Origin: Candidatus Peribacteria bacterium
GTDB taxonomy: Bacteria > Patescibacteriota > Gracilibacteria > Peribacterales > Peribacteraceae
DNA: 64,000 nt
Assembly: GCA_943354555.1 (NCBI GenBank)
Contig: CALRCM010000001.1
Span: 7,453-71,452, forward strand
Direction: 5' to 3'
Shown: in pieces, positions 27,496 through 36,712 of the stretch
Position numbering within the stretch: position 1 is the first letter of the stretch
How the letters are laid out: each line of letters opens with the position of its first letter
Made by a program: the position numbers and the translations under genes
Notes under the pieces: model-generated
Seen by the model: the letters and a program-made list of their open reading frames with translations, nothing else
Told to the model about the DNA's origin: nothing
Database searches by the model: none

Positions 27496-28572
27496 TTATT
27501 TTTTGTGCTTTGCCAGCGCAAGAATGTGTGTGGAAGCGTCGGGATCGGCGCAGAAAAGGTCGACTGGCCCTCCTTCGTTCCTTGTCGGATTCTCCAGTGC
27601 ATGCTTCAGCTCTGCCGCATTCATACATACTGGTACTAGCCCCAAACGGACTGCGGTGCACTTCTCAGGATGGAGTGCATGTGGTTGGTAGGAGATTGGA
27701 TTTCTCCCGAGAATCGCGGCTTCAAGTAGAGTTTTTGAGCACATGCCCACAATGCGGTTGCTGTGCCAGAGCAGGGGGACGAGTTCTGCAGCTCCGGAAA
27801 GCACATGCCACTCCACATTCTCGCCGCACGCAGGCGGGGCTTTTGTACTTTCTGCCGGGTGGAGCTTTTCCACCACGCGCACGGGAGCACCGATCATCGT
27901 GAGAATGTGTGCAAGTTCCTCACGCACGATGTCCTCATGAAATCCGAGGAAGGAGCCATGTGTACCTTTTTTCCCTGTGCTTTCTCCATATGCGGCCTTT
28001 AATTTTTCAGAGAGGAAAAGAACAGAAGGGCGATCGGTAGTATTCCGTAGCACTTCGGGTACGGCGGGAGGGTGGCTCCGGAGCTCGTCGGCTTTTTTGG
28101 ATAGTTCCGCAAGTGCAGGACTGCCGGTGATATGCATGCAGGACTTCGGGATTCCTTCTTCTTCTCCGAGCTTCAGGGAAAGCGCGTCCTGTACGCAGAT
28201 CACATCGGGAAGATAGGTTCCGATTGCACCTTGTTCATCGCGAAACCGCAGAGCGTAGTTGTACCACTCGTCGAGAAGGGTAATGCTCCGTATGCCGCAA
28301 GTGCGCGCCGCTGCCGTCAGGTATCGTTCGCCCGAGATCACTCCGGTTGTGCCGAGAATGACTGTATCCGGATGTGTGTCATTGAGCAGAGATGTTGCAT
28401 CTTCCAGAGATGAAATCATGAGAACTTCCGCGGATAGTTCTGCTGCTTTAAAAAGAGGAGCGGTGACCGATGAAGCGAGAAGACGGCAGGGAATTTTCTG
28501 AAAAAGTGCTTCGCGTACGACAGGAATCAATTCTCTTGCTCCTCCCGCTTCGCTCGCACAAAAAAGTATCAT
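27496..28572 (-). CDS. Hypothetical protein (possible Rossmann-like/GT-B fold), first gene downstream of pseB
   Basis: 358 aa. Coding-like composition and tight operon spacing. No motif I can name. Confidence 0.4.
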   Translation of the reverse strand: MILFCASEAGGARELIPVVREALFQKIPCRLLASSVTAPLFKAAELSAEVLMISSLEDATSLLNDTHPDTVILGTTGVISGERYLTAAARTCGIRSITLLDEWYNYALRFRDEQGAIGTYLPDVICVQDALSLKLGEEEGIPKSCMHITGSPALAELSKKADELRSHPPAVPEVLRNTTDRPSVLFLSEKLKAAYGESTGKKGTHGSFLGFHEDIVREELAHILTMIGAPVRVVEKLHPAESTKAPPACGENVEWHVLSGAAELVPLLWHSNRIVGMCSKTLLEAAILGRNPISYQPHALHPEKCTAVRLGLVPVCMNAAELKHALENPTRNEGGPVDLFCADPDASTHILALAKHKK

Positions 28573-28590
28573 GAGATGGAAAGGGGAAAA

Positions 28591-29880
28591 TCAGGATGTG
28601 CATGCCACAACAACCTTATCGATTGCTGTAATAATATCTGCAACATCATCCATAGTTTGAGGATGACAGAGATGCATGTTCAGAAGCATCTCCTTTGCAT
28701 ATAAGCGCTCGGCAGTAGGGCAGATTCCGGTTTCGTAGCGTGCAGTGGAATCTTTGTTTTCTGGAGCCGTCCAAGGGTAGCCCTTTGTGAATGCGGTGCG
28801 CGTTTTGAAGAGGGGGAGTTCGTAGAGAGGTTTCACATAACTTTCCACAAACGGAATTCCTTCAGCTTTGAGCATTGCCGTAAATGCGCTGCGTGACGTT
28901 CCCCCGCAGTGCTCTGTAAAGTAGCGCATAGGACAGACGTAATATGTTGCCTGAGTTTCCGGCTGTGCGTGCATGGGTACGAGGCAACGATGTCTGGCGA
29001 CTCCTGCGTGCAGCGCTTCAACCATGGCAATGCGCGCAGCATTTAATTGTTTCAGTTTCTTCAGCTGTTCCTGCGCAACGGCTGCAAGCGGTTCTGTAAG
29101 CCGGTAATTGAAGCCGATAATATTTTCGATATGCGCATACTGCGCTGCCTCCACCACTGCCTCTCCGTGGTTGCGGATCATCTGCAGTCGCAAAGAAAGA
29201 TTTTTATCATTGGTGATGCAGAGGCCACCCTCTCCGCATTGAATAGTCTTGTGGACATTGAAACTGAAAACGCCGATATCGCCGAAGGTGCCTACCCATT
29301 GATGACCGATCGTTGCGCCCCACGCCTGTGCGCAGTCCTCAATTACTTTCAGATTGTGCTTTTTCGCGATGGCCATGATCGCGTTCATATTTGCAGGAAT
29401 GCCGAACTGATGGACGACGATGATTGCCTTGGTTCGCTTGGTTACATTCTTTTCTATAGATACAGGATCGAGGCATCCTGTGGTTTCTTCGATGTCAGCA
29501 AAGACGGGGATCGCTCCGTAGATCAGCGGTGCAACCGCGCATGCACTCATGGTGTAGGGCGACACGATCACTTCATCGCCATAGCCGAGACCCAGTGCAC
29601 CGACTGCAGCATAGAGACCCGAAGTGGCGCTATTCACTACTACAACATGCTTTGCTCCGGTCATGTCCACTGCCATTTTTTCCAGTGCCTGTACTTCCGG
29701 TCCGCCGAGAAAGTTATAGGGAGGAGCCGGTTTGTATGCCCCCTGAAAGAGAGAGAGATGTCCGCTCTCCATGGCGCGGAGCATCGCACGCTTCTCTTCT
29801 TCGCCGAGCGCGTTACTTTCCTGCCACGGTTTTGTGCGCACGGGAGTACCGCCGTTGATAGCCAGAGGTTCTTTGCTCAT
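28591..29880 (-). CDS. DegT/DnrJ/EryC1/StrS-family PLP aminotransferase (long form)
   Basis: PLAINGGTPVR N-terminus; FSFNVHKTIQCGEGG PLP-lysine region; 4-bp overlap with the downstream oxidoreductase. Confidence 0.8.
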   Translation of the reverse strand: MSKEPLAINGGTPVRTKPWQESNALGEEEKRAMLRAMESGHLSLFQGAYKPAPPYNFLGGPEVQALEKMAVDMTGAKHVVVVNSATSGLYAAVGALGLGYGDEVIVSPYTMSACAVAPLIYGAIPVFADIEETTGCLDPVSIEKNVTKRTKAIIVVHQFGIPANMNAIMAIAKKHNLKVIEDCAQAWGATIGHQWVGTFGDIGVFSFNVHKTIQCGEGGLCITNDKNLSLRLQMIRNHGEAVVEAAQYAHIENIIGFNYRLTEPLAAVAQEQLKKLKQLNAARIAMVEALHAGVARHRCLVPMHAQPETQATYYVCPMRYFTEHCGGTSRSAFTAMLKAEGIPFVESYVKPLYELPLFKTRTAFTKGYPWTAPENKDSTARYETGICPTAERLYAKEMLLNMHLCHPQTMDDVADIITAIDKVVVACTS

Positions 29881-30818
29881 AGGGACGCGAGGCGCTTTGC
29901 CTCAAAGAGTATGTCCATTGTACCGCGCGCTTCCGCAAATCCTGCGATATCGAGGAGTTTCGTATCGTTTTTACTTAGCAGGGCCGCACTTATGGAATAG
30001 AGCCTGCTAAGCGCTTTTTCGATGGGCTCAGCTTTTTTCGTCTCACTCTGAAAGAGCGCGGGAGCGTAGGTATCCTGCTCTGCCCGGTCGATGGCGATAT
30101 TTTCCCATTGGATACGGATGCGTCCTTTGGAAAATCGTAACTCCGCCTCGAAGATTTTATACGGATGTTCCGGAATTCCCTCCAGAATAATTTCTGCTTC
30201 AGGGAATTGCACGGATTTCAGCTCTGCCCGTAGCAGCGGATCCTGCTCATAGCGATCCACGCTCTGTTTTTTTGCAGAGACGCATTGTAGTTCCCCGAGA
30301 AGCATCCGCAGCGTATCGACTGCATGAACGCCGACGTGGAACCACCCGGCGTAGTAGTGCCAGAGACCTCCTGTGAATGTCCCGAGTTCTCCGCTTTCGA
30401 TCAATGTTCGAAGCTCCATGAATCCCGCATTGAAGCGCCGGCTGTGCTCCACGACAATCATTGTTTTTACCGTAGGGATAGATGCTTCCAGATCACGGAG
30501 TTCTTCCTCCGACATGCACAAGGGCTTTTCCACGATGATCAATCTCGGTGCATGCGTATGTGAGGCAACATCCTTAATCATGCGTGCGTGCGTTTCATCC
30601 GGCGTTGCGATGGTGACGATGTCGGGAGATTCATGTTCCAGTAATTTCTCCCACGTAGCGTACTCTTCGCACTTCCATTCTTTGCCGAAAGCTGCAAGGC
30701 GCACCGGATCGATATCGCAGGCGCCAGCGAGCGTGATGTCCGGGCTTGCTGCGAGTGCCGCTGCATGTGATGTAGAAAAGGATCCTGTGCCGATAATGGC
30801 TGCGCGAAGGGATTTCAT
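29877..30818 (-). CDS. Gfo/Idh/MocA-family oxidoreductase
   Basis: MKSLRAAIIGTGSFSTSHAAAL; EKP motif (IIVEKPL). ATGA overlap with the upstream gene. Confidence 0.75.
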   Translation of the reverse strand: MKSLRAAIIGTGSFSTSHAAALAASPDITLAGACDIDPVRLAAFGKEWKCEEYATWEKLLEHESPDIVTIATPDETHARMIKDVASHTHAPRLIIVEKPLCMSEEELRDLEASIPTVKTMIVVEHSRRFNAGFMELRTLIESGELGTFTGGLWHYYAGWFHVGVHAVDTLRMLLGELQCVSAKKQSVDRYEQDPLLRAELKSVQFPEAEIILEGIPEHPYKIFEAELRFSKGRIRIQWENIAIDRAEQDTYAPALFQSETKKAEPIEKALSRLYSISAALLSKNDTKLLDIAGFAEARGTMDILFEAKRLASL

Positions 30819-31567
30819 GTGGTTGGTTTCTGGTATTGCTTCCATCGTCGGTGGATATCTTTATTGAGAGCGGTGACTTCCGGATGTGCATCGAGAAATG
30901 CGATGATTTCCCCGAGGGAAAAATCCGTACGCGGCGCGAAATGTCTCAGGATCTCTTCAAAAACGCCGAAGTCTTCTTCCGTGTCGACATCGAGATGGAT
31001 GTCCGTACGCTTCAGGGGCCCTTCATACGAAAGATGCTTTTGGCGGTAGAGCTTCGGATGCTGCCTGAGATAGAGCGTTCCATGTTCGCGGATCGCCGGA
31101 TCAGTATTACGTTCTGCTGCATCGCGGAAAGAGGCCACAGAAAATGCTTCGCTATACATTCCTGAAGGGTACACAGGAGTGACGTCGTTGCCGACCCATT
31201 CGAAGTTTCCTTCGCGGTATGCAGTGATGCATTCATCGATCAATGCAGGGTCGATGAGCGGGCTGTCGCCATAGATCTCTACACCGGTTTCCGCCTGCAC
31301 ACTCTCCAATGCACCGAGCATGCGTCCCATCACATCCTCTTCCGAACCACGAAAGCACGGCATGCCGGTCGTCTTGCAGTACTGCGCAATCACATCGTTC
31401 TCCGTTGCAGTGGGGATAGCCACCACCACACCATCAAGGTGTTTTGCCTGCCTCACTCTTCCGAGGAGGTGGCCCAGTAAAGGTGAGCCGAGAGCTTCGC
31501 GCATCATTTTACCAGGGAGCCTTTCGGATCCCATACGCACACAAACGACGGCTACTACTTTCCCCAT
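30815..31567 (-). CDS. Cytidylyltransferase, SpsF/COG1861-like (CMP-sugar-acid synthetase homolog; second PseF candidate)
   Basis: MGKVVAVVCVRMGSERLPGKMMREALGSPLL matches the CTP_transf_3/SpsF N-terminus. Start set at ATG 31567. Confidence 0.7.
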   Translation of the reverse strand: MGKVVAVVCVRMGSERLPGKMMREALGSPLLGHLLGRVRQAKHLDGVVVAIPTATENDVIAQYCKTTGMPCFRGSEEDVMGRMLGALESVQAETGVEIYGDSPLIDPALIDECITAYREGNFEWVGNDVTPVYPSGMYSEAFSVASFRDAAERNTDPAIREHGTLYLRQHPKLYRQKHLSYEGPLKRTDIHLDVDTEEDFGVFEEILRHFAPRTDFSLGEIIAFLDAHPEVTALNKDIHRRWKQYQKPTT

Positions 31568-31627
31568 GTGGCTATAGTGGAACCGTGGCGTTCTCCGCGC
31601 AATACACGCCACACATGTATTTTGCTT

Positions 31628-32269
31628 TTACTCGTACTGCCACAGCGACATTTTTCGTACGGGGTCGCGGAAGAGTTGTCGCATCCCAAGCTCTCCCAGT
31701 ACGCCTTGCTGCATATCATTCGAATAGGCGATCACATGTTTATATGTTCGCAGTGCGTCACGGTTGTTATGTATAAAGAGCCGCATCACTTCCGCCCCGA
31801 AGGGGTTGAACATGAAGATCAGGCTTTGGGGCATTGCGCCGAGTTCGTACGAAGCCGCATCGGCATGCAGAAACTCAATGGGATATTTTGCGAATCCTTT
31901 CTTCAAAAATACATTCGCCTGATCCACGAGTGATGCATCGAACTCCAGTCCGATAATGCGCCTGAACCGATTGGTCGTGGCTGCATAGAAACAAGGCTTG
32001 CCTTTCCCCGAGCCGATATCGATGAATATTTCCGGTCGGATTCCCAGAGCAGCACACTTTTGTATAAGGATGCGGATACTCCTGCACCACGCGGCGTGAT
32101 ATGCGGTGGCATCTTTGCGGTATGCCGAATCTGTTTTGAGAAATTCCCGGGGTACGACACCCGTGGTATCGATGCCGTGACGTATATCAAACCAGCGGTC
32201 TTCCAGCGCACACATGCGCCGCAGCAATGCCTCTTTCATAGTCGTAAACATTCGCATAAACAGTATCAC
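31628..32269 (-). CDS. Class I SAM-dependent methyltransferase
   Basis: Motif I FIDIGSGKGKPCFYAA; GTGA start/stop overlap with the upstream gene (alternative ATG 32257). Confidence 0.65.
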   Translation of the reverse strand: MILFMRMFTTMKEALLRRMCALEDRWFDIRHGIDTTGVVPREFLKTDSAYRKDATAYHAAWCRSIRILIQKCAALGIRPEIFIDIGSGKGKPCFYAATTNRFRRIIGLEFDASLVDQANVFLKKGFAKYPIEFLHADAASYELGAMPQSLIFMFNPFGAEVMRLFIHNNRDALRTYKHVIAYSNDMQQGVLGELGMRQLFRDPVRKMSLWQYE

Positions 32270-33246
32270 ACTCCTGCTGCCGGCTTTTCCCAGCGCACGA
32301 CGTAGTACGGTGCCGGAACGGCATTGAAACTTGTTTTGTAATCGCCGCGTGCAGGGGAATTAATGCCAACAACATCAAAGAGTGTGCAGCGGTGCTTTTT
32401 GCACCGCATCACCGCTTCTGTAAGGAGCATGCTGCCGCAGGCATCTTTGCGGAACGCAGGATCATTGGCGCCGAAGAGGTAATATCCGCACCGGTCGTCA
32501 AAGAGATAGAGGACAGCGCTGGCAACTTCACCTTTGGCGTTTCTGCTCAGGAGAATTTCTCCAAATCCTTCTTCCACCGCGCATTGCGCAATCGAGCGTA
32601 CGAGATCACTTGCTTCCTCGGGGCGCTCCGCATTCTGGCGTTCGAAAGTGCGCTGGTGCAGATCGTCCAAAAGCGCGACATCTTTCGATTCTTCTATGAT
32701 CCATCCTTTTGCAGTTGCACTACGAGTCTCCTGCCTCCTTGTTGTACGGACCGTACTGAGAAAATCGTCGGCCTCCCCGATACCACTGAGGTTGATGAGC
32801 CCCGTATATCCCACGCTGATCTGGAACATTCCCTTGTCTCTCTCGTGATAGTGAAACCACTGGAAGCTGCGGATATCAGGAAAGTTCCAGTGCAGGCAGA
32901 ATTCCATGTTTTCACAGGTCTTCTCCAGCTCTGTGAGAAGAAATTCCGCGAGCTGCAACTGTTTGCCGACGCGCGTGTGGGGCCTGAGTGCATCCAAAGT
33001 ACCGTTAAAGAGCACACCCTGATACATCGTAAACGGCCGCGGAGAGCTGCGGAACTTTCCATTCTTTTCAGGGAATAGGATTGCTCCGAGCATCGGTTCG
33101 CCATCACTCTGCACAAAAACACATTCATATTCTTCGCCGCAGGCTTCGATGAACGAAGATATGCAGAAGATGTTTCTCTGGGGGGATGAACGGACAAATG
33201 CATCCCACGCCTGTTTGTCCCTACAGCGGACAAGGGAGAGCTCCAT
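32266..33246 (-). CDS. FemAB-like / GNAT-fold (Acetyltransf_6-type) acyl- or aminoacyl-transferase
   Basis: MELSLVRCRDKQAWDAFV...; C-terminal YYLFGANDPAFRKDACGSMLL...FDVVGINSPARGDYKTSF, typical of FemX/FemAB-related proteins. Start set at ATG 33246; the track ORF runs to 33525. Confidence 0.65.
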   Translation of the reverse strand: MELSLVRCRDKQAWDAFVRSSPQRNIFCISSFIEACGEEYECVFVQSDGEPMLGAILFPEKNGKFRSSPRPFTMYQGVLFNGTLDALRPHTRVGKQLQLAEFLLTELEKTCENMEFCLHWNFPDIRSFQWFHYHERDKGMFQISVGYTGLINLSGIGEADDFLSTVRTTRRQETRSATAKGWIIEESKDVALLDDLHQRTFERQNAERPEEASDLVRSIAQCAVEEGFGEILLSRNAKGEVASAVLYLFDDRCGYYLFGANDPAFRKDACGSMLLTEAVMRCKKHRCTLFDVVGINSPARGDYKTSFNAVPAPYYVVRWEKPAAGV

Positions 33247-33319
33247 ATGCCCAAACTCTACCACACGAATCAGGGAGATAGGGGATGCATTACCTCTCTT
33301 CCTTTGCGATACTGCTGAC

Positions 33320-34753
33320 ATGAATATCATTTTGAAGGGATTTGATGACGGCAGCGGCAAGCCGATTGTGGAAAGTGCACTGAAGGGTATGAAGATCGGT
33401 ACCTGTATTTCCATCCTCAATGACAAAAAGCAGTGGCCGGAGATCGATACAAAGGAACACATCTGGATGTCCGCCAAACTCCTGCGTGCCGGACAGTATC
33501 CCGATGTGGACTGGTCGAAGATCACGCCGCTTGACGAAGAGGTGATTCAGAATATGCGAAATACGGAGTCTGTTTTTCTCACGATGGTCGAGCGGTATGC
33601 GAAGTATGCGGATATGCCCTATGCAGAACGTCTGCGTCAGTACACGGAACATCTCCGCTACTGGAATCATATTCTGGAGACGAAAGATATAGGTCTGCTT
33701 CTAATGAATACCGCGCCTCATCAGTGTTATGACCTAGTGATGTACGATCTCTGTAAAAAGAAAAATATTCCGGTGCTTTACCTTGAGCGGCTTGTGCATT
33801 TTGGGACGTGTACGCTCGAGGATGATTGGGAGCGTGCCGGAGAAGAGATCCGCGAACGGTATGAAGTATTAGAAAAGGAACATGCCGGTGATCTGCCAGT
33901 TACCCTCTCGGATTCCTTCGAACGATTCTACAAAATGTACTCTGAAGTGGATCGAGGCCCGTGGTACATGGGACCTCGAAGCAAGCATCTGGAGCACAAA
34001 ACGTTTGTGCAGAAATGGGGAGCGATCGCTGTGCGGATTCTCGTACACAAGCCTCGCTACTTTTTCCGATCCGTTCTCAATCCGCTTTTCTGGAAGCGCA
34101 AGTGGCATCAGCACTACACCACACTGCTCTACGATCGCTTCACACAGGATCCTCCGACAACCGAGCCATTCATCTACGTTCCGCTCCATATGCAACCCGA
34201 GGCCACAACGTGTCCTTTGGGTGGCGTCTTCACCGATCAGCAGCTCATGGTGCAGATGCTTGCGCATGCCATTCCCGCCGGCGTTCACCTTGTCATCAAA
34301 GAGCATCCTGCACAGGGGGAAATGTGTCGCAGTGCAGCATTTTACGAAGCGCTGAAAGCTATACCCTCGGTCATTCTGGTTCCGCGGCATTACGATACAT
34401 TTCGTCTTACCAAAGACGCGATAGCCGTGGCAACCGTAACAGGAACGGCAATGCTTGAAGGACTGTTTCGTGAAAAGCCCGCGATCATGTTCGGGCATCA
34501 GTATTTTCAGTATGCCCCCGGCGTGTTCCGTGTTCACACGAGAGAGGATTGTGCAGGCGCAGTACGCATGATTCTTGAAAAAAAGAAGACCCACACCGCA
34601 CGCGAGATGAAACTCTTCGTCAAAGCGATCCAGGATTGCTCCTGTCCGTATGCCGGTTCTCCGGAGGATCCGCATATTTCTCTGACCAAAGATGAAAAGG
34701 CAGTTTTGATGGGGGAGGCGATTGCGGCAAGGTTGAAAAAAATATGGCCGTAA
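33320..34753 (+). CDS. Capsule polysaccharide biosynthesis (Capsule_synth, KpsS/KpsC-like) family protein, paralog 2
   Basis: FIYVPLHMQPEATTCPLGGVFTDQQLMVQML...LVIKEHPAQG...ATVTGTAMLEGLFREKPAIMFG, collinear with 15399-16865. Start set at ATG 33320. Confidence 0.6.
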   Translation: MNIILKGFDDGSGKPIVESALKGMKIGTCISILNDKKQWPEIDTKEHIWMSAKLLRAGQYPDVDWSKITPLDEEVIQNMRNTESVFLTMVERYAKYADMPYAERLRQYTEHLRYWNHILETKDIGLLLMNTAPHQCYDLVMYDLCKKKNIPVLYLERLVHFGTCTLEDDWERAGEEIRERYEVLEKEHAGDLPVTLSDSFERFYKMYSEVDRGPWYMGPRSKHLEHKTFVQKWGAIAVRILVHKPRYFFRSVLNPLFWKRKWHQHYTTLLYDRFTQDPPTTEPFIYVPLHMQPEATTCPLGGVFTDQQLMVQMLAHAIPAGVHLVIKEHPAQGEMCRSAAFYEALKAIPSVILVPRHYDTFRLTKDAIAVATVTGTAMLEGLFREKPAIMFGHQYFQYAPGVFRVHTREDCAGAVRMILEKKKTHTAREMKLFVKAIQDCSCPYAGSPEDPHISLTKDEKAVLMGEAIAARLKKIWP

Positions 34754-34826
34754 AAAGTATAGCTTTACGGTTAAGCAGAGATTTTTCCTGAAATTTCTTC
34801 ATTGTTGAATACTGTACGAACAATAT

Positions 34827-35528
34827 TTATTGATTCGTTTTCTTCACAAACCCCAAAAATTCCTCCAACTCCCCCCACATCCCGTACTTCTCCACTTCAC
34901 GGCTGTGTCCGTAGAGATGGAAGAAGAGCAGATTGTTTTTTAGCCCGTACGCATACAGATATTTTGCGAGTGAAAGCCATGATGTCATTGCACGATGCGG
35001 CGTATCCAATGATCGCAGTCTGCGATAGCGCGAACGCAGCGGCCCCAGCGGATCGAGTACTTTCCACATCGGATGAAAGCGCATGCGCACGGGGAAAGGT
35101 GCGATTTGCAGAGTAATGGGTTTACAAAAAGGATCGCTTGAAGAAAATTGCAAATCTTCCGTTGTCCGTGCATCCGTAAAGCCTGCCTCTTGTACTAATT
35201 GCTCAACTGCATTGTTCGTCGCTCCATAGGGGTAGCAAAATGTTGTGCAGGGTTTTCCCGTTGTATTTTCCACCCACTGCCTGCTCTCCTGGATTTCTTT
35301 GAGTGCATCCTGCGCAGAAATTTGTGTCAGTTTGGGGTGGGTCATGCTGTGGGCACCGATGGTGTGGCGGTTGCTCAATGCTTTGATCTGATCATTGGAA
35401 AGCATTTTCGCCGTGTGTTGTGCAGCGGGACACACATAAAATGTGCCCTTCATTCCGTAATGATCAAGTAGATCCGCAATGCGCAGATCCAGAAGATAGC
35501 CGTCATCCCACGATGTCAGGAATTGCAT
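34827..35528 (-). CDS. Polysaccharide deacetylase (NodB homology domain)
   Basis: LTSWDDGYLLD...GMKGTFYV...IGAHSMTHPKL motifs. Confidence 0.75.
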   Translation of the reverse strand: MQFLTSWDDGYLLDLRIADLLDHYGMKGTFYVCPAAQHTAKMLSNDQIKALSNRHTIGAHSMTHPKLTQISAQDALKEIQESRQWVENTTGKPCTTFCYPYGATNNAVEQLVQEAGFTDARTTEDLQFSSSDPFCKPITLQIAPFPVRMRFHPMWKVLDPLGPLRSRYRRLRSLDTPHRAMTSWLSLAKYLYAYGLKNNLLFFHLYGHSREVEKYGMWGELEEFLGFVKKTNQ

Positions 35529-35599
35529 CTATTCCATGGTAGCGGAATTCTCGCCCTTCCCCCTTACTACTTTCCCCGGAATACGGTTCAATGTTCTCT

Positions 35600-36643
35600 A
35601 TGGGGAAGACGGCACTTATTACGGGCATAACGGGTCAGGATGGTTCGTATCTCGCCGAATTGCTTCTAAAAAAGGGATATGCAGTTCATGGTGTCGTACG
35701 CAGAGCTTCGACATTCAACCGCGGTCGCATCGATCATTTGTTTTCGGATGCATGGCATCCAGATGCCAAGATTTACTTGCACTATGGCGACCTCGGGGAC
35801 AGCAACTCTCTCCTGCGTATTCTCAATGATGTGAGGCCGGATGAGATTTATAATCTCGCGGCCCAAAGCCACGTCGGCGTGAGTTTTGATATGCCGGAGT
35901 ATACGGGGGACATTACAGCGCTGGGAACAACACGATTACTGGAGGCACTGCGCACCAGCAAGCTTCCGGCGAAGTTTTACCAGGCCAGCAGTTCTGAACT
36001 CTATGGAAAGACTACTGCGGAGAAGCAGACAGAAGACACGCCCTTTTATCCGCGCAGCCCATATGGATGCGCAAAGGCCTATGCGTATTACCTCACGCGG
36101 AACTATCGTGAAAGCTATGGTATGTTTGCGGTGAACGGCATCCTGTTCAATCATGAATCCCCCCGGCGGGGTGAAAACTTTGTCACACGGAAAATTACGA
36201 TAAGTCTTGCCAAAATTCTCGCGGGAAAGCAGGAGTGTTTGTATCTGGGAAATCTTGAAGCAAAGCGTGACTGGGGGTACGCGCCGGAGTTTGTCGAAGG
36301 CATGTGGCTTATGCTGCAACAGTCGGAGCCCGAGGATTATGTGCTTGCAACAGGTCGCACAGCATCTGTTCGTGAGTTTCTGGAGCTTTGTATGAAGCAT
36401 TTGAATATTCGTTACGAAAAGAAGGGGTCGGGCAAGGGTGAAGTGTATCTGGATACCAAAACAGGGAAGACGATTGTCGCGCTCGATCCGCTTTACCATC
36501 GGCCTGCGGAAGTGGATTTCCTTCTCGGAGACGCATCGAAGGCGAAGAAGATGCTTGGATGGGAGGCAAAGACCAGCTTGGAAGAACTTGCGAAGATCAT
36601 GCTGGAAGCGGATTGCAAGGAGCTGGGAGTCACTTTGCCGTGA
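35600..36643 (+). CDS. gmd: GDP-mannose 4,6-dehydratase
   Basis: [40 protein letters not shown]...YNLAAQSHV...[11 protein letters not shown]...[20 protein letters not shown]; near-invariant Gmd blocks. Confidence 0.92.
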   Translation: MGKTALITGITGQDGSYLAELLLKKGYAVHGVVRRASTFNRGRIDHLFSDAWHPDAKIYLHYGDLGDSNSLLRILNDVRPDEIYNLAAQSHVGVSFDMPEYTGDITALGTTRLLEALRTSKLPAKFYQASSSELYGKTTAEKQTEDTPFYPRSPYGCAKAYAYYLTRNYRESYGMFAVNGILFNHESPRRGENFVTRKITISLAKILAGKQECLYLGNLEAKRDWGYAPEFVEGMWLMLQQSEPEDYVLATGRTASVREFLELCMKHLNIRYEKKGSGKGEVYLDTKTGKTIVALDPLYHRPAEVDFLLGDASKAKKMLGWEAKTSLEELAKIMLEADCKELGVTLP

Positions 36644-36712
36644 GGAGTGAGGAGGGCGAAGATAGTAATTTCTCATTTCTCCTGACTCGTTTCGCATTCA
36701 TACTTCCCTCCG

